DNA of 63,973 bases, the filler included, from Barthelona sp. PAP020 (Eukaryota), in assembly GCA_040182905.1 (NCBI GenBank). It is 3 parts of 3 records of this genome, joined end to end, with 100 filler letters (N's around TTAATTAATTAA, not from the genome) between each part and the next. Parts side by side here need not be neighbours in the genome. Positions count along the whole stretch, not along the records: positions 43,944 to 63,973 come from JARQWU010000194.1; 2 more parts are not named here. One strand, given 5' to 3'. The position numbers and the translations under genes were made by a program. Positions 62,991 to 63,973 of the stretch are shown one piece after another (the stretch's first letter is position 1; each line of letters begins with the position of its first letter). The notes below the pieces were generated by a model. The model saw only the letters and a program-made list of their open reading frames with translations. It was not told where the DNA came from and ran no database searches.

Positions 62991-63776
62991 TCAAATTTTT
63001 TTAATTTTTTTTTTTTTTTTTTCCTTTTTTTCCTTTTTTTCTTTCTTTTCCTTCTTTTCCTTCTTTCCCTCTTTTTCTTTTCTATCTTTTTTTTCTTTTT
63101 TTTCTTTTTTCTCTTTTCCATCTTTATTTTTCTTTTTGTCCTTTGTTTCCTTCTTATCCTTCAATTTTAATTTACTTCTATTATTATCAATACCATCTGA
63201 ATCTTCATTTCTAAATGAATTTTCTTCTTCCTCCATAAGTTCAGGTTCTTTCTTTTGGTTCATATGCTCCATGACAATATCACTTCTTCGACTTTTGAAC
63301 AAATTATCACCCATAAAACCGAAAATTGCATTCTTCTCAACATCAGTAAAATTAGAAACATCGCGAGCTGCCATCATTTTCTTATATTGAACTTTACCTC
63401 CCATCAAAGAATCATTTGATGGGACAATTTTGCTTTTTTTCGATTTTTTTTCCTTCTTTTCTCTCTTCTCATTTTTACTCTTTTTTGTTATTTTCTTTTC
63501 TTCTTGATTTTTGGCATGTAAAATACTTGAATTTTCTTTGTTGAGTTTGGACAAAATGTCAGAAAATGCATCAACATGACCAACCCAATTTCTTTTTGAA
63601 TTAGCATCACCTAACCCTGTATTATCAACGTTAGTACGAATAATGACTTCATCACTAACTTTAGTAATGTCTTCTCCAATATTCTCCCCATTATTCCAAC
63701 CAAATTGTTGTAAAATTAAAAAACTATTCTCCTCTGACTGAGTTATGATTGCTCCATCAGATAATGACAATGACAT
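62991..63776 (-). CDS. PINX1: PINX1/Gno1-like G-patch nucleolar protein
   Basis: G-patch LQQFGWNNGENIG...DNTGLG followed by NWVGHVDAFSDILSKLN; KKE/D tail. Confidence 0.75.
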   Translation of the reverse strand: MSLSLSDGAIITQSEENSFLILQQFGWNNGENIGEDITKVSDEVIIRTNVDNTGLGDANSKRNWVGHVDAFSDILSKLNKENSSILHAKNQEEKKITKKSKNEKREKKEKKSKKSKIVPSNDSLMGGKVQYKKMMAARDVSNFTDVEKNAIFGFMGDNLFKSRRSDIVMEHMNQKKEPELMEEEENSFRNEDSDGIDNNRSKLKLKDKKETKDKKKNKDGKEKKEKKEKKDRKEKEGKKEKKEKKEKKEKKEKKKKKIKKI

Positions 63777-63803
63777 TATTAAATTCTCAAAAAAAAAAAA
63801 ACT

Positions 63804-63973
63804 TCAATGTTGATTTATGCTATTCTTCAAAAAATCCTTTGCCTGCTGAATGATAGGGTTGACAGGTGGTTGTAGTGCCTTTAGTACTGGTTTATCGTTG
63901 TCGATTTCATAATTCCTGTCAGAATCAAACACCTCCTCAAAACCACTCAAATCGCCGCAAGCAACAAACGGTG
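63804..63973 (-). CDS. 3' end of a gene truncated by the window edge
   Basis: Open frame PFVACGDLSGFEEVFDSDRNY...KNSINQH to TGA at 63804. Confidence 0.55.
   Translation of the reverse strand, partial: PFVACGDLSGFEEVFDSDRNYEIDNDKPVLKALQPPVNPIIQQAKDFLKNSINQH

Noticed and set aside
1..63973. Alternative genetic code (stop reassignment as in hexamitids or ciliates)
   Set aside because: Conserved genes are uninterrupted and end at expected positions with TAA, TAG and TGA all used
1..63973. tRNA, rRNA or intact mobile element
   Set aside because: No cloverleaf with T-loop consensus, rRNA-like tract, transposase or reverse transcriptase recognised by eye; a tRNAscan/Rfam run could still find something I missed

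Overview
AT-rich, gene-dense, almost intron-free eukaryotic (protist) DNA in the standard genetic code. It consists of three sequence blocks joined by two artificial 100-nt spacers (44 N + TTAATTAATTAA + 44 N, at 22000-22099 and 43844-43943). About 33 protein genes are present: flagellar/cytoskeletal (ZC2HC1-like, CFAP36-like, a 5870-aa dynein-heavy-chain-like protein, CAP-Gly), RNA metabolism (MPP6-, PINX1-, TFIIIA-, MYG1- and probably Aquarius-like), trafficking/signalling (MOB4, GRIP golgin, TBC RabGAP, CDK, RING E3, UFSP2, CLN3), metabolism (glycogen synthase, SAHH-like) and sex-related (GEX1/KAR5, RWP-RK). Two tiny introns with a branch point fused to the 3' splice site, and a recurring WGTRAA motif at gene ends, suggest a metamonad-like flagellate (inference). 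The most notable items are: (1) a tandem pair of bacterial-type DUF2589-like genes, one with an intron, followed by two secreted Cys-rich repeat proteins; (2) several apparent pseudoenzymes (dynein with all four P-loops lost and IQ motifs inserted, dead SAHH, eroded Aquarius); (3) an unannotated GC-rich structured RNA candidate at about 62550-62690. All family calls come from motif recognition by eye; no database searches were run.
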